From positions 434,001 to 498,000 of the forward strand of contig JBEUKZ010000112.1 of assembly GCA_048128005.1 (NCBI GenBank): a stretch of 64,000 nucleotides of DNA, written 5' to 3'. The stretch comes from Veleropilina oligotropha. Its lineage: Eukaryota. The notes below the pieces were generated by a model that saw nothing but the letters and a program-made list of their open reading frames with translations, did no database searches and was not told the origin of the DNA. This document shows, one piece after another, positions 9,059 through 20,708 of the stretch; the stretch's first letter is position 1; every line of letters begins with the position of its first letter. Made by a program: the position numbers and the translations under genes.

Positions 9059-9934
9059 GTAACTATATACGACATTTTCAGAAAAACTAAATACCTGGAC
9101 TCTCATTGAGCACCAATATCTCACGAACAGCCTACTTTCAATGTTTCATCATAATTTTACATCCACAGTGTTACTCCTCAACAAACTACCCCTGCGTATT
9201 TTCATCTAACAACATTAACATCCACGCCTCTCCGATAATCTGTAGTTATCCACAATGTGAGATTAGTGGTCGTTTATTACTTGCTAGACTAATCGAGATT
9301 TGTGACAAATGTATCTATCTAACAATGGGAAGCATTGCAAGCATTTGCCATTCTGAACCAATGGTGCAGTGCACTACCTAGACTTGGCAAGAACGTGTTT
9401 TCTTTCGCAAGTCATTTACTCTTTGAAGTGAAGTGGGACGACACCCGATAAGAGACTGATTTGTTTACACGAATTCACAGCAGCGCTTCACACCAGCATT
9501 TCTCATTCGATTATAAAGACACAATTAAATTACAATACATATTATATTCATGTATTTCATGTGACCGGGGTCAAAGTTGTTGAAAATCCACCATATGCCA
9601 TGTATTTATCCACTATTAGTCTTAACAATGGCTAACGTACACCCAACTTAAATTCGATCCATCACCAATTAACCTTAATGGTCCCGTAAAGTGAGATATA
9701 ATGGTTATTTATCATGCAGTCGATATGTGCTATGCCAACTATGCATGGTGTCAAGGTCTTTAGTATTCATACTATTCACTATAGATGCGATTACTATAGA
9801 ATCCAATTAAAATCGGTAAATCATACCAAGAGAGGTATAATGATAAAACCTTTGAGCTTTAAATTTAAACTTTGAAATTTTCACCAATATAAGAAATTAG
9901 GAAAATGCTGATAAATAAATTGGATTTATATGTT

Positions 9935-10706
9935 AACTAGAGTTATCACAGGAGTGATCACATGCCTCCACGAAAGCGTTTGACCCCGGAACAGGCTGTT
10001 ACACACACATGTAGTTTCATATGGAACGGAAGGAAATTTTAGACTGAATGCGGTCAAGTGTGAAAAGTAAGTCGTGGTGACCTACTTTCAGCATGCGACA
10101 TACCTTTCAGTTATGACACATACACACATCAAGTTTCGTGTTCGTTGGTCAAATAATTTGAGAGATATGGAGCGGAAGGGAATTTTGGACAAAATGCGAT
10201 TAAGAGTGAAAAATTGGTCGTGGTGACCTACTTTTGGTATGCGACACACATTTGCGTTATGGCGCATAAACAAATCAAGTTTCGTGTCCCTCGGTCAAAT
10301 AGTATGGGAGATATGGAGCGGAAGGGAATTTTAGACCAAATGCGGTCAAGCATGAAAAGCATGTCGCGGTGAGCTACTTTCAGTACGCGATACACCTTTG
10401 GGTTATGACGCATGTACACATGAAGTTTCGTGTCCCTCGGTCAAATAGTATGGGAGATATGGAACAGAAGGTAATTTTGGATTAAGTGCAGTCAAGCATG
10501 AAAAGTTGGTCACAGTGACCTACTTTTGGTACGCGACACACCTTTGGGTTACGACGCATGCACACATCAAGTTTCGTGTCCCTAGGCGAAATAGTATCGG
10601 AGATATCGAGCGGAAGGGAATTTTCAACAGACCAACCGACCGACCAACAGACCGAGACAAGCCGACTCCTATATACCCACTTAAACTTAGTTTGTGGGGG
10701 CATAAT
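9935..10706 (-). mobile_element. Non-autonomous Helentron-type (HINE-like) element with 146-bp internal tandem repeats
   Basis: AACTAG end with small stem-loop; subterminal IR ATGCCTCCAC / GTGGGGGCAT; AAGTTTCGTG recurs at 10131, 10277, 10423, 10569; (GACC)n microsatellite at about 10628-10655; terminal hairpin. Confidence 0.8.
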
Positions 10707-11104
10707 AAGTTAATATAAATAGCTTTGCATAAGAATATAACTCTTCGCAGATAATAAGGCCAATAATAACTGCAAAATTGTGTGCATTTTATCTATATTA
10801 TGAATGGTAGTATTAGTGGCTTATATACATAAAGTATTCTTGCATCTTTCTTTATGTACAAAGTGCACACAAATAACAACTCAACCTTTGTTACGTCCTT
10901 TAACATGGACACAGTCACATGCAACACTTCAAAAGAAATGGGACATAACTCTAGTGAGACTATCACTCATTTCAGTTCATGTCATTGCTGCAGTCTCACC
11001 TAATCTAGTCATTATAGTTCAGGCATATCAGAGAGGGAACAATATCATACGATCATTCAGAATTTTATGAATTTGAAGATGATTTCCTGTTGACTCACAT
11101 TCTC

Positions 11105-11850
11105 ATCTATCTATCTATGGAGTACACTGTTCTGCCAATGCCTCTTTCGAGTGTTACAGGCAGGAAAAAGTGCACGCCGATTAGTATCAAGAGTGAAATA
11201 TATACAGTGAAGTAAAAAGTAAAAGACAAAGCTGTTGTTAGGATGTTAGTAAATAAAGAATGAAAAAGAATTAAAAGATAACAACACTGCACTGGTCTAT
11301 TACAAATTTATAGTAGCCACAGCCTGCTTGAATGTTTCCGAGACAGGGATTGTGGCAATGTGGCCTGGAAGCTGGTTCCAGAGCATGACCGAGTGGGGAT
11401 AGAAAGAGAATTTATGGTAATCAGAGGAGACTTGGATTTGTCTCAAAGACAGTGGGTGAATATGTCTAGTTATGCTGGTTGGTATTTCTATGTAGGTTGG
11501 GAGATGAATTGCTACATGGTGATGATAGCTTTTGTGGAACATTATCAAACGGGCATCAAGACGTCTATGTTCCAGGGTCCGCCAGCCCAAGCTCACCACC
11601 AGTAGTCTTGTTTCACCCACCTAGCAGCACGCTGCTGAGTCATCTCGATCTTGTGAGAATTTGACTTTGTATCTGGGTTCCACACAGTTGAAGAGTACTC
11701 CAACTGGAGCCGGACAAAAGTTTTGTACGCCAAAGATTTAACATTTTCGTTTTTGGTTGTAATATTACGTTTGATAAAGCCAAGGGTCTCAATTGCTGTT
11801 GTTGATATTCTAGATGTGTGTATTCCAACTTAGGTCATGTGATATATCAT
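11105..11850 (-). mobile_element. Degraded 3' fragment of a CR1-group LINE
   Basis: Broken frames read AYKTFVRLQLEYSSTVWNP...QQRAARWV and LGWRTLEHRR...FSFYPHSVMLWNQLP. (ATAG)n-type tail at about 11105-11118. Confidence 0.8.
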
Positions 11851-12211
11851 TCATTTCTGCTTTCAAACGTGGGGTCCAGACTCCTTGTATCCCCAGAAGT
11901 CAAGACATTGTGTGAAACTCAATCCCCATCTGCATTTTTTTTCAATAAAATGTATAAGTAAATTTTTCTTTCTTTCACAATCAAAGACAAGAATCTTTTA
12001 TTTTCTAGGGCCTACACCCCCAGAAATTTTGATCATTAACAATGTGGAACCCCCTCTCCTGCATTCTGACAGTGCATATGCGATAATTCTTTCAAACATT
12101 TAAGAACCGTTATCATTAAAATGTATGAGTAGATATTTCAGGGGTTTTCGCAATCAAACAAAGAGTAAAGTCAATCATTTGACCATGCGATCTTTCATTT
12201 AAGTCACTTAC

Positions 12212-12388
12212 TGGAAGCTCTCCCCTCTACGCTTGGGCTTCATTCTGTGGGCCGTGCTCTGGCTGCTTTTCGACTCATTAAAGACGACGCTGTCATCCTG
12301 TGAGCGCAGACGTTGACGCTCTTGGATCTCTTGGGCCTTCTGGAGGAACGTGGGCGACTTCACACTGCTGGGAGACTCAACACTGCCT
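12212..12388 (-). CDS. Internal coding exon (177 nt, phase 2-2) of an unidentified host gene
   Basis: Minus strand: TTCCTCTTTTTCAG| open frame GSVESPSSVKSPTFLQKAQEIQERQRLRSQDDSVVFNESKSSQSTAHRMKPKRRGESF |GTAAGT. GC-rich against the AT-rich flanks. Confidence 0.8.
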
Positions 12389-12718
12389 CTGAAAAAGAGG
12401 AACGAGAAATGTAGTGGATCTGGAGGAGCGTGGGCGACTTCACACAGCTGGGAGACTCAACACTGCCTCTGAAAAAGAGGAACGAGAAATGTAGTGGATC
12501 TGGAGGAGCGTGGGCGACTTCACACTGCCGGGAGACTCAACACTGCATGCCTCTGAAAAAAGAGGAACAAAATATGTAGCGGATCTGGAAGACGTGGGAG
12601 ACTTCACGCTCCTGGGGACTCAACACCGACTCTGAAAAAGAGGAACGAAAAATGTAGCAGATCTGGAGGAACGTGGGCGACTTCACTCTGCCGGGTGACA
12701 CAACACTGTCTCTGAAAA
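12339..12718. repeat. ~80-bp minisatellite (about 4.7 copies) spanning the exon's splice acceptor
   Basis: Units start at 12341, 12421, 12501, 12586 and 12664. Confidence 0.9.
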
Positions 12719-14802
12719 CTAAGATGCTAAAATTAGTGTCTCTTTAGGGTCGGTCACACCAGTACCAGTGTCTACTATCACAGGAAGAAACAGACTAGTC
12801 ATAAAATTATGAATAAGGCACAACAAACAATTTCACCTGCATTATATTATCAAGCTCCAAATACAATATTATTGTGAGCAATGCAGGTGCTGTGAGTCTT
12901 GCAAATACTAATACTCTTACGTTGTTACACCATGATTCTCTATATTTTCAGTATTTTGTTAGCCAATGAGACACAACTGCTCTGGTAGTGACACAAATGA
13001 CCTATCATTTATGCTATACAGCATTATTGAGTAAAATATTATATTATATTTTATCTTTGGTACATTAGCCATATAAGATTTTATTTTCATTCTGAATTAT
13101 AAATGTTAAACCAACTGTTTGTTGACTGCATAATCTCACAGCATACAAGAAAGTGTCATTTCTCATATCAAACATCGAATTCAATAGCTACCATAAATAC
13201 GGCGCACACAAAAGTCCATTCTGCATTATCGTCAGCGATACGGCGGACATAAATAAATAGTCTATCCCAAGATGGCATGCGAGTCATTATTGCAGAGTAT
13301 CTCGTTTACCCGAGACCCATTGTAAGCCAATATGTGCTGAGTAACAATAGTCAAGCGATATCGCATTTCATTAAAAAAACATCACCAAACAGATAAGTCT
13401 CGCCTCACTGGGTACCAGCTATTTCGCTCAATTGACCTAACAATCTAGATGTGGAGCGGGTTTGCATTTATAGAAATCTAAACACATTTCAGTGAAAATT
13501 ATGGCACTAAATACAAATGTCAATATAAAAAGATACAATTAAAATCAATAGATTATTGTCAAAATGTATGTGGAGTAAACACGAATTGTCATAAAAGAAA
13601 GTATGCGAGTATCTTCAGTCATCAATTTCATAAAACTTTGTACAAGCGAGGTGTGATCATCATATCACATACAGTGTTATTTGGAGATATTTTACCAAAT
13701 TAATGCAAAACCAAAATTACTAAGGCATATCATAGTCTAAATTAGCTTACCTTTGAAATGCATACAGGTAAAAATACATTTTTTGTTCAGGTTGCCAAAA
13801 AAATTGGAAAAATTTTGTTGCAACCTTCTCTCAAAGATATCGGTAAGGAATGAGCTCATGTTATGCATTATGTCTGTTGCCATGGGTTTCAAATATAACT
13901 TAAAACAACATTGATTATAAGATTAACCAAAGAAGTCATAAAGAACTCAAGAGTGCCCGGAGCGATTGCCAATATGCCAATGAAACATGGCTTTTGCAAT
14001 TTCCTGTTAGTGTTGAACATGCATAAATACAGTTCGCAAGCACTGAACATTTCATTTGCATAAATAAAACATTTTCAATCAATCACACACCGTCAAATTA
14101 GCACTTTCACAAGTTTCAGAGCAATTAATGACAAATGATCACTTTTACGAGATAGAGAATTTTTGTAAATTAAAGAATATTTATAACGAATAATTTAATA
14201 TATATTGCAATAATCTCCATAAAACCTAACTTTTGATTTTTAATCAAGGTTAAATAACACACGTTTTTGCAATTCTATTTAAGATTTCATTTTGAAGACT
14301 GTGTCCCTTAGAAAAGAATAAAACTTAACGTCATGACAAGAACACTGTTAGTATATGCTTCCATATTTACAGAATTGATTTGCGCTAGTAAATGTTACAG
14401 ACATCTGTCCATTTATGGTAACATTTCTATATTTAAACACATTACTGTTCCTAGAATCCAAGCTCCATCACGGTTCGATCTGTACTGCTATACCTTCAGT
14501 ATCACATGTACTGCATCTTGTCTTTATCTGAGTGTTTGCCGTCATAAATGATTCATTTCGCAGGAATGTTGCTTATTGTTCGCATTATTGATCACTTGGA
14601 AAATCCATATCATATATTTGCCCTAGAAATCAATTAAATGGACAAAAGGTTATCTGTAATATCAGCGTTCTGGTATGCAGAGAATAAAAGTCAAGTATCG
14701 GATGCATGATTATGGCATTTATAAATGTCACATAAAGACAAACAGTAAGAGAGGAACATAAGTGCCCAGGTTCGTTCATTAAATAAGAAATATCCAGAAA
14801 AT

Positions 14803-15620
14803 AACTAGCGAAACCTCGACACAGCAAGTCGAGGGGATGTATCCGCTCCCACGTTAGCATACATCAATAGGCACCGTGTCCTCATCATACCAAACATGTA
14901 TACCAAATTTGAATCAAATCAATTAGAACTATTCACTGTAGATCGCGCACAAGAAATATCTTCAAATAAATTGACCGCCGCGATGGCCATCTTGGATCCG
15001 AAAACAAAAGGAAATCGTTAGGCGGCGTCCTCATCATAACTAACATTCATATCAAATCGGAAAATAACTTTTCACCGTAGAGCACGCACAAGAAATCTCT
15101 TCAAATATAATGGCCGCCAAGGTGGCCATCTTGGATCCGAAAGCGACGAAAATCGTTACTTGCATGTCCTCATCATAACTAACATGCATACTAAATTTGA
15201 ATCAAATCGGATAAGAACTTTTCACTGTAGAGCGTGCACAAGAAATCTAATAAACCAAAATGGCTGCAAAGGCGGCCATCTTGAATCCGAAAACGACGAA
15301 AATATTTAGGTGGCATGTCCTCATCACAACTAAAGCACATACCAAATATGAATCAAATCGGATAATAACTTTTCAATGTAGAGCGCGCACAAGAAATCTC
15401 GTCAAACAAAATGGCCACCATGGCGGCCATCTTGTACCCGAAAACGACGAAAATCTTTAGGTGGCATGTCCTCATCATAACTGACGTGCATACCAAATTT
15501 GAATCAAATCAGATTAGAATCTTTCACTGTAGAGCGCACACAAGAAATCTCTACGGCGGACACGGCGGAATGATGACTAAACCATACTATCCCGGAAATG
15601 TTAAATTTCGGGGATACAAC
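14803..15620 (-). mobile_element. HINE-like element with ~150-bp internal repeats; the end of another related element follows (about 15700-15780)
   Basis: AACTAG end with CCTCGAC/GTCGAGG stem; repeats carry CATACCAAATTTGAATCAAATC; terminal hairpin ...ATCCCGGAAA/TTTCGGGGAT. Confidence 0.75.
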
Positions 15621-17062
15621 TATTACCCTCCTCCCTCTCCCACTATTCAAATTCTCAGCATAGATATCCAAAGAACCTTTCCCCAAAATATGTTGAAAGA
15701 TTAGACCGGGCAGACAGACAAGATGATTACAATATGCACCCCATTGAACTTCCTTGCGGGGGGGGGGGGGGGGGTATAATGATATATATGTAATTGGAAT
15801 TGCAGACGCAGTGGAAATCCAGCGCAGTCAGAAGAGGCGATTCAGAATGCTTAATACTCTTACCCCTACGTCACAATTATTAGGCGACCAATCATTGAAA
15901 CAGAAATCAAATACATTTCATTTGAAATGTCAACAGTTTATGAAAGCTGCAACTTGGAACATTTGTTTAACTTCCTGCATTGAGATGATTGCATATGTAT
16001 ATATAACAAATAACATTATATTTATAGACTCGACTATCTTTCTTTTATTGACTCTCCTGGTTTAAAATTGACAGAAGATATATTGTGCAATCTTTAGATC
16101 AAGAGGTTAGTCTCCAGGAGCTGATATTTTAACTGGTGCATTTCGCGAAGCAAACACAACATAAAACGATCAACATGGCACCTTCCCCAATTTGGCTGGA
16201 CAGTCTGGCTGCACGGTTATGGATTGCTCTGGCCAAACAATGCATCTAGAGTCCACTCAGAACAGGGCACAATGACATCGAAGGGGTGAGCAAGCAGATC
16301 ATTGCATATGCATATATTTAGAGCGATTATGAAATTTATATGAAACAAATAATTCAATACATAAATGTTCAATAAATAGTTTTCAAGTTTAGATGTCAAC
16401 ACATATATTGCCATATTTATCATACTAATTACCATTCATTATAAATTATAAATATTCATTATGCTTTCTACACATTATTGTGACATTTTCACTATAGGTG
16501 ATTGACTCAGTATTGATCTTTCTCTTCCCAAAAGAGTTTTCCATAATAAATTTGGTGGCTCTGGTAAAAAATATCAGTTTGCCAATATAGAGACGGTTAA
16601 ATGTTCGTGCACACAAGTATGCTTCATCCACGCTGGTCCTACCCGAATTAAATTGCAGACTACACTAATGTTATAATCATCATTCATATTTGGTTCATAA
16701 AGCGTAAATCCAGATCACGTCGAAATGATACATTTTCTGCTGAGAAATCACTGACATTTTATTGACTAACACTGTTGACAATCAACACAGGCTAAAGTTC
16801 ATGTTTGCTATGGTTTCCCACACATCATTAAGGCACTTTAAATATTAGCATTGTTTTTCAAAACATTTTCTTAAGATGGCAGGAAAATAACAGTCAGCAG
16901 GGGTTTACCTATGGGTGCAAAGCGCTAACCTGGAACGAATATAAACACCGCCAGAAGTGACATTGATTACAAATTAAATATTGTGGTCCACAGGTGACCT
17001 TAAATCTGTCTATTTTTTTAAAACTAAAAACAAAACAGAAGAACATAACAATTACAGTACAT

Positions 17063-18451
17063 ATATAGAGAATACTACGCTGATTCTCGACACGTACCGT
17101 TTGTATCTCACGAGTGCACGTATCCAGGTATCTTACCGAGCGAAAGCGAGGTAAGATACCTGGATACGTGCACGAGTGAGATACAAACGGTACGTGTCGA
17201 GAATCAGTGTAGTATTTTATTTATTACCCATGCATTTATTGCGTTATATATGCATTTTATTTGCTTTTATCGGCCCATATTCGAGATTTCAAATTGTTTA
17301 GCCGCGGATGAATTTTATTGCTGATTACTGTAAATAGCCTCTTTACTCTATAGCCACACGCTATAACAAATAGATCGTATTAAAAGTTCATTCTAATTTA
17401 TTTTAATGAAACTAAGAAACAAGATAACATCAGGCAACAATAAGAACTGTTTAATATACGATCGTTTTACTGAATATTACTCATCTCATTAATATATTTA
17501 CGTTATTCTAAAAATAAGTCCGTTGAACACGCGGCGAAATCTTAATTTGCATATGCCTCGTGGATGGATTGTTGCCAAGTTTGCACTCAGGGAAGAATTT
17601 CGTTGCCACCGTCAACATCTGGTCTCGGGCGTTTTGGTGTCGACGGCCCACTGACGATGTTTATATTAATCGTGCCGCCGTATATTGGTGCCGAGAATAT
17701 GGAACTCAGGAAATCACACCGACTCGACCGCGAATTCGAAATGGTATTTATATTAACAGATTGGGGAACCACGTCTACACAACGAGAATCGTGCGACCCA
17801 GAACTACCGGTACTGATGATGTCGCTGAGCTGACGATGTTGTAATGTGGAGATGCTACTATAATTATTGACACTTTGTATGTTTTTATGGTGCAGATTGG
17901 ATTTGCGAGGAAACAGTTTCCGGAATAACGGCAAGTCTATAGCGTGCAACTTGTTTAATTTTACCATCGAATGTCTTCACATTATACATATTGAACGTTC
18001 CTCCCGGTTGAACAAATGGACATTACGCGTCCCGTCACTTGCCCGTCAATTTTCACGCATTCATTCACACGAATCGATTTAGGTGCATCCATATTGAAAC
18101 AACGGTCCGAAACAACACGAAGCAGACGACACTCTTTGATGTAAAGTATTTTATAATTATATTTATCATGTTTTTATTTATAATTACACTTTCTGCAGTT
18201 TTAAACCTGTACTTGTATAAACGTTCGTGTTAGCTGTATTACATTTAATTTTATTAATTGTTAATAATCCGCCACATTTCCGATCGTTGTTTTTCTTCCA
18301 TTCAAGCCACAATAGTAAAAGTTGTAGATTTCTTCGTTTTGTTTATCAATGAAAATGTAGTCCCTGACCTTTGAGGTCAACTTGTTATGCACCATGTGGT
18401 GCGTACGAAATAAATACGACATGGCTATATCTGCGTCACGTGGGTAATAAA
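17063..18451. mobile_element. Internally deleted Crypton-like (CryptonV-type) DNA element with terminal long hairpin
   Basis: A 146-bp near-perfect palindrome (17071-17216) followed by a module bounded by inverted repeats TTTATTACCCA (17220-17230) / TGGGTAATAAA (18441-18451), which contains a recombinase C-terminal remnant. Confidence 0.7.
17587..17892 (-). pseudogene. Remnant C-terminus of a Crypton-type tyrosine recombinase
   Basis: HKNIQSVNNYSSISTLQHRQLSDII resembles the (G)H-K/R-x-x-x-S-x-x-x-Y...Q..S motif holding the last catalytic His and Tyr of DUF3504/Crypton recombinases. Followed by FSAPIYGGTININI and a basic PKRPR. The upstream R and HxxR motifs are absent. Confidence 0.65.
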
Positions 18452-18669
18452 ATCAATTATTCATGGACTCATAATTTAGGAATGAAATGTGTTCCAGTAT
18501 ATGATAGGTAAAATAGGCCAACACCAATTGTCCTGTAAATCAGATGTTTTGGGACGATTCAAAGTCATGTGCCATGTCAAAACTTGTTAGGGTAGTTGGC
18601 ATTTTCGCCCACTCACCCCCCCCCCCCAAAAAAAAAATCCAATTTGAATATGTTGAGTACTGTATGTAT

Positions 18670-18998
18670 AGGTTACTAACCGAGTTGGAGGTATTCATCG
18701 ATTTGAAAGACCGCGAAGCGGTCGAGGTGTTACAGCACGGAAGCAGGTCTTTCAAATAGATGAATACCGACTAACGAGGTTTGTAACCGACTTACACAAC
18801 GGCCAATTAGCTCCTTTGTTGTCAATTTATCTTGTGATCAGCTTTATCCGTCTTGCACGGACGCAGGTCGGTATAGAGTGAAAAGTAGGGTGGTATGGCT
18901 ATACCACCCTACTTTTGAATCGTCATTGAAAACAAGGTGTTCACGCTGAATACCAACCTCTTCAAAACAAAAGAGCCGTTGTGTAAGTATGATTATAA
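18670..18998. mobile_element. Short non-autonomous Crypton-like element (hairpin plus IR-bounded module)
   Basis: Branched imperfect hairpin 18672-18787; 14-bp perfect IR ACTTACACAACGGC (18790-18803) / GCCGTTGTGTAAGT (18975-18988); internal 16-bp-arm palindrome 18881-18916. Confidence 0.6.
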
Positions 18999-20236
18999 TC
19001 TAGTTGTTACGTTAGGTGTATATTTCATGGACATTAGGGTTCCTGTATAAAGAATCAAGGTTATAATATATATACGTAATCCGGTTGGTTACTTTTGCGA
19101 GGTCCTCTAAACTGTCAGTGGTCCACTTGTTGAAAGAATTGAATAACAAAGTTGAATTTATAGTCAATAACCATTACACCATGTAATTGACAAATAATTT
19201 TTACCACACACGATTTCAAGCTTGTCAAGAGACATTTTGCTATTCTTTAATTGGATTTTGCAATACAAGAAATTTGAACCTAAGTCAACATATGCCAGTG
19301 TGCATGAATTCATCCAATTAAGACTTGGTATATAACTACCGCGATAGTTTGTCACATTTATAATAACCTTTTGTGGTATTCCTGAATCACTTCTCCAATG
19401 GTGCCCTCCCCTTGATCAAAGCCGCCATCATGTACAATCGCAGTAGTTCCGGGCATTATCGCAACTGATTTGTATAATCAGCCATCACATTATATGATTA
19501 TTGCATTTCAGCCTTGTTACTGTCTTCTTTGGTTCATCACGCATTGAGCCAAACAAAAATGTGCTGGTATTAATGATATGGCAATGTGCAGTCAGCTAAT
19601 GAAATAAACCATTGATGCAATGAAATGTCAGCAAATTGAAAGGGGAATGACCCATGTGAAGATCATTCACTGCTGAACACAACAGCTGCTAACCTGATAT
19701 AGGTGTCAATTTAGTTTTACGACCACATTCTAACAATTTTTCAGTGATGTTTCCACAGTTTGTAGTATGAATGTTGGTTTCAAGCTCACGGGCGGGTAGC
19801 AGGTTTTTAAGTCATAAAGGTCTTAGATTAATTTTATACATAAGAATAATTAAGCCATGCTGGAGATGCGAGAATTGAACCCGCATCATCTTGTTGATTT
19901 GTTAGAATTGAAATTACTCCAATATGAGTTTGTAAAGATCAAGTTTTTCACATTTCTGCATACTTTGAAATATGCCCTGTAGGGGATCGACTCATGTATT
20001 TTCAGGTAAAGATTCACAGGGCTCCATGGACGCAACAGCCCATCCATTGCAAATCTATGAACACATTCATCTACTTGTAATGTGATTTATTGGAAATAAT
20101 GATTAAATATGTAGACGTAATATACATTTTGCCTGAAGAAGGAAATATACGAATATTTAATATGCACATTATTATTATGCAACCACTTATCATCAAGGCA
20201 AAACTTGGTACCATTACATGAACATTTATTCAAGTT

Positions 20237-20708
20237 ACAAGGCAATCCGAGATTGCAAACCTTCGCCCTAATGGCAAGAAATGGTGAAAGCTATATAAAA
20301 TCTTTGCGAATAATAGTTAAATAACATTTTGACTCTAATTTGAAGTTTGCATGGCGAAGCGTTCTAACGTTAACGCTGGATCCGGAAATCCGCAAAACGG
20401 AAATATAATCCGAAGCCGCTTTCCGAGTCCGATCATCTTTAAAGAGGACCGAGTCTATGGTGGTCTCTATATTGTATCAAAAAATTGAGTAAATCGGATC
20501 AATGGTCATTGCGATAGACCCGAAAATCCTAATCCGCTGTCCGATTCGGATCATCTTTGAAGAGGACAGAGCGTACAGTGGACCCTATCTCGGGTACATA
20601 AATTGAGTTAATCGGATCTATGGTTCTTGAGATATGCTCGTGGACAAACAGACAGACAAACCGACCCGATTTCAATACCTTATCTCACACTACGAGGGCG
20701 AGGGTAAT
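20237..20708 (-). mobile_element. HINE-like element whose right end seeds the 59-bp satellite
   Basis: ACAAG end with GCAATC/GATTGC stem; subterminal IR ACCTTCGCCC (20259-20268) / GGGCGAGGGT (20696-20705); two diverged internal repeats; (GACA)n microsatellite at about 20643-20660. Confidence 0.75.

Larger units (their letters stand above)
1591..9069 (-). mobile_element. Full-length DIRS1-type tyrosine-recombinase retrotransposon
   Basis: 206-bp inverted terminal repeats with non-matching outer extensions, an internal complementary region matching both termini, three long uninterrupted ORFs (gag-like, RT-RNaseH-MT, YR), and no classical target-site duplication. Confidence 0.97.

Noticed and set aside
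13190..14340. Possible non-autonomous DNA transposon
   Set aside because: Repeat-like texture, but I could not identify convincing termini or a TSD.
19705..19900. Shared motif TTTAGTTTTACGACCACATT with about 54080, likely SINE remnants
   Set aside because: Too short and degraded to delimit or classify.
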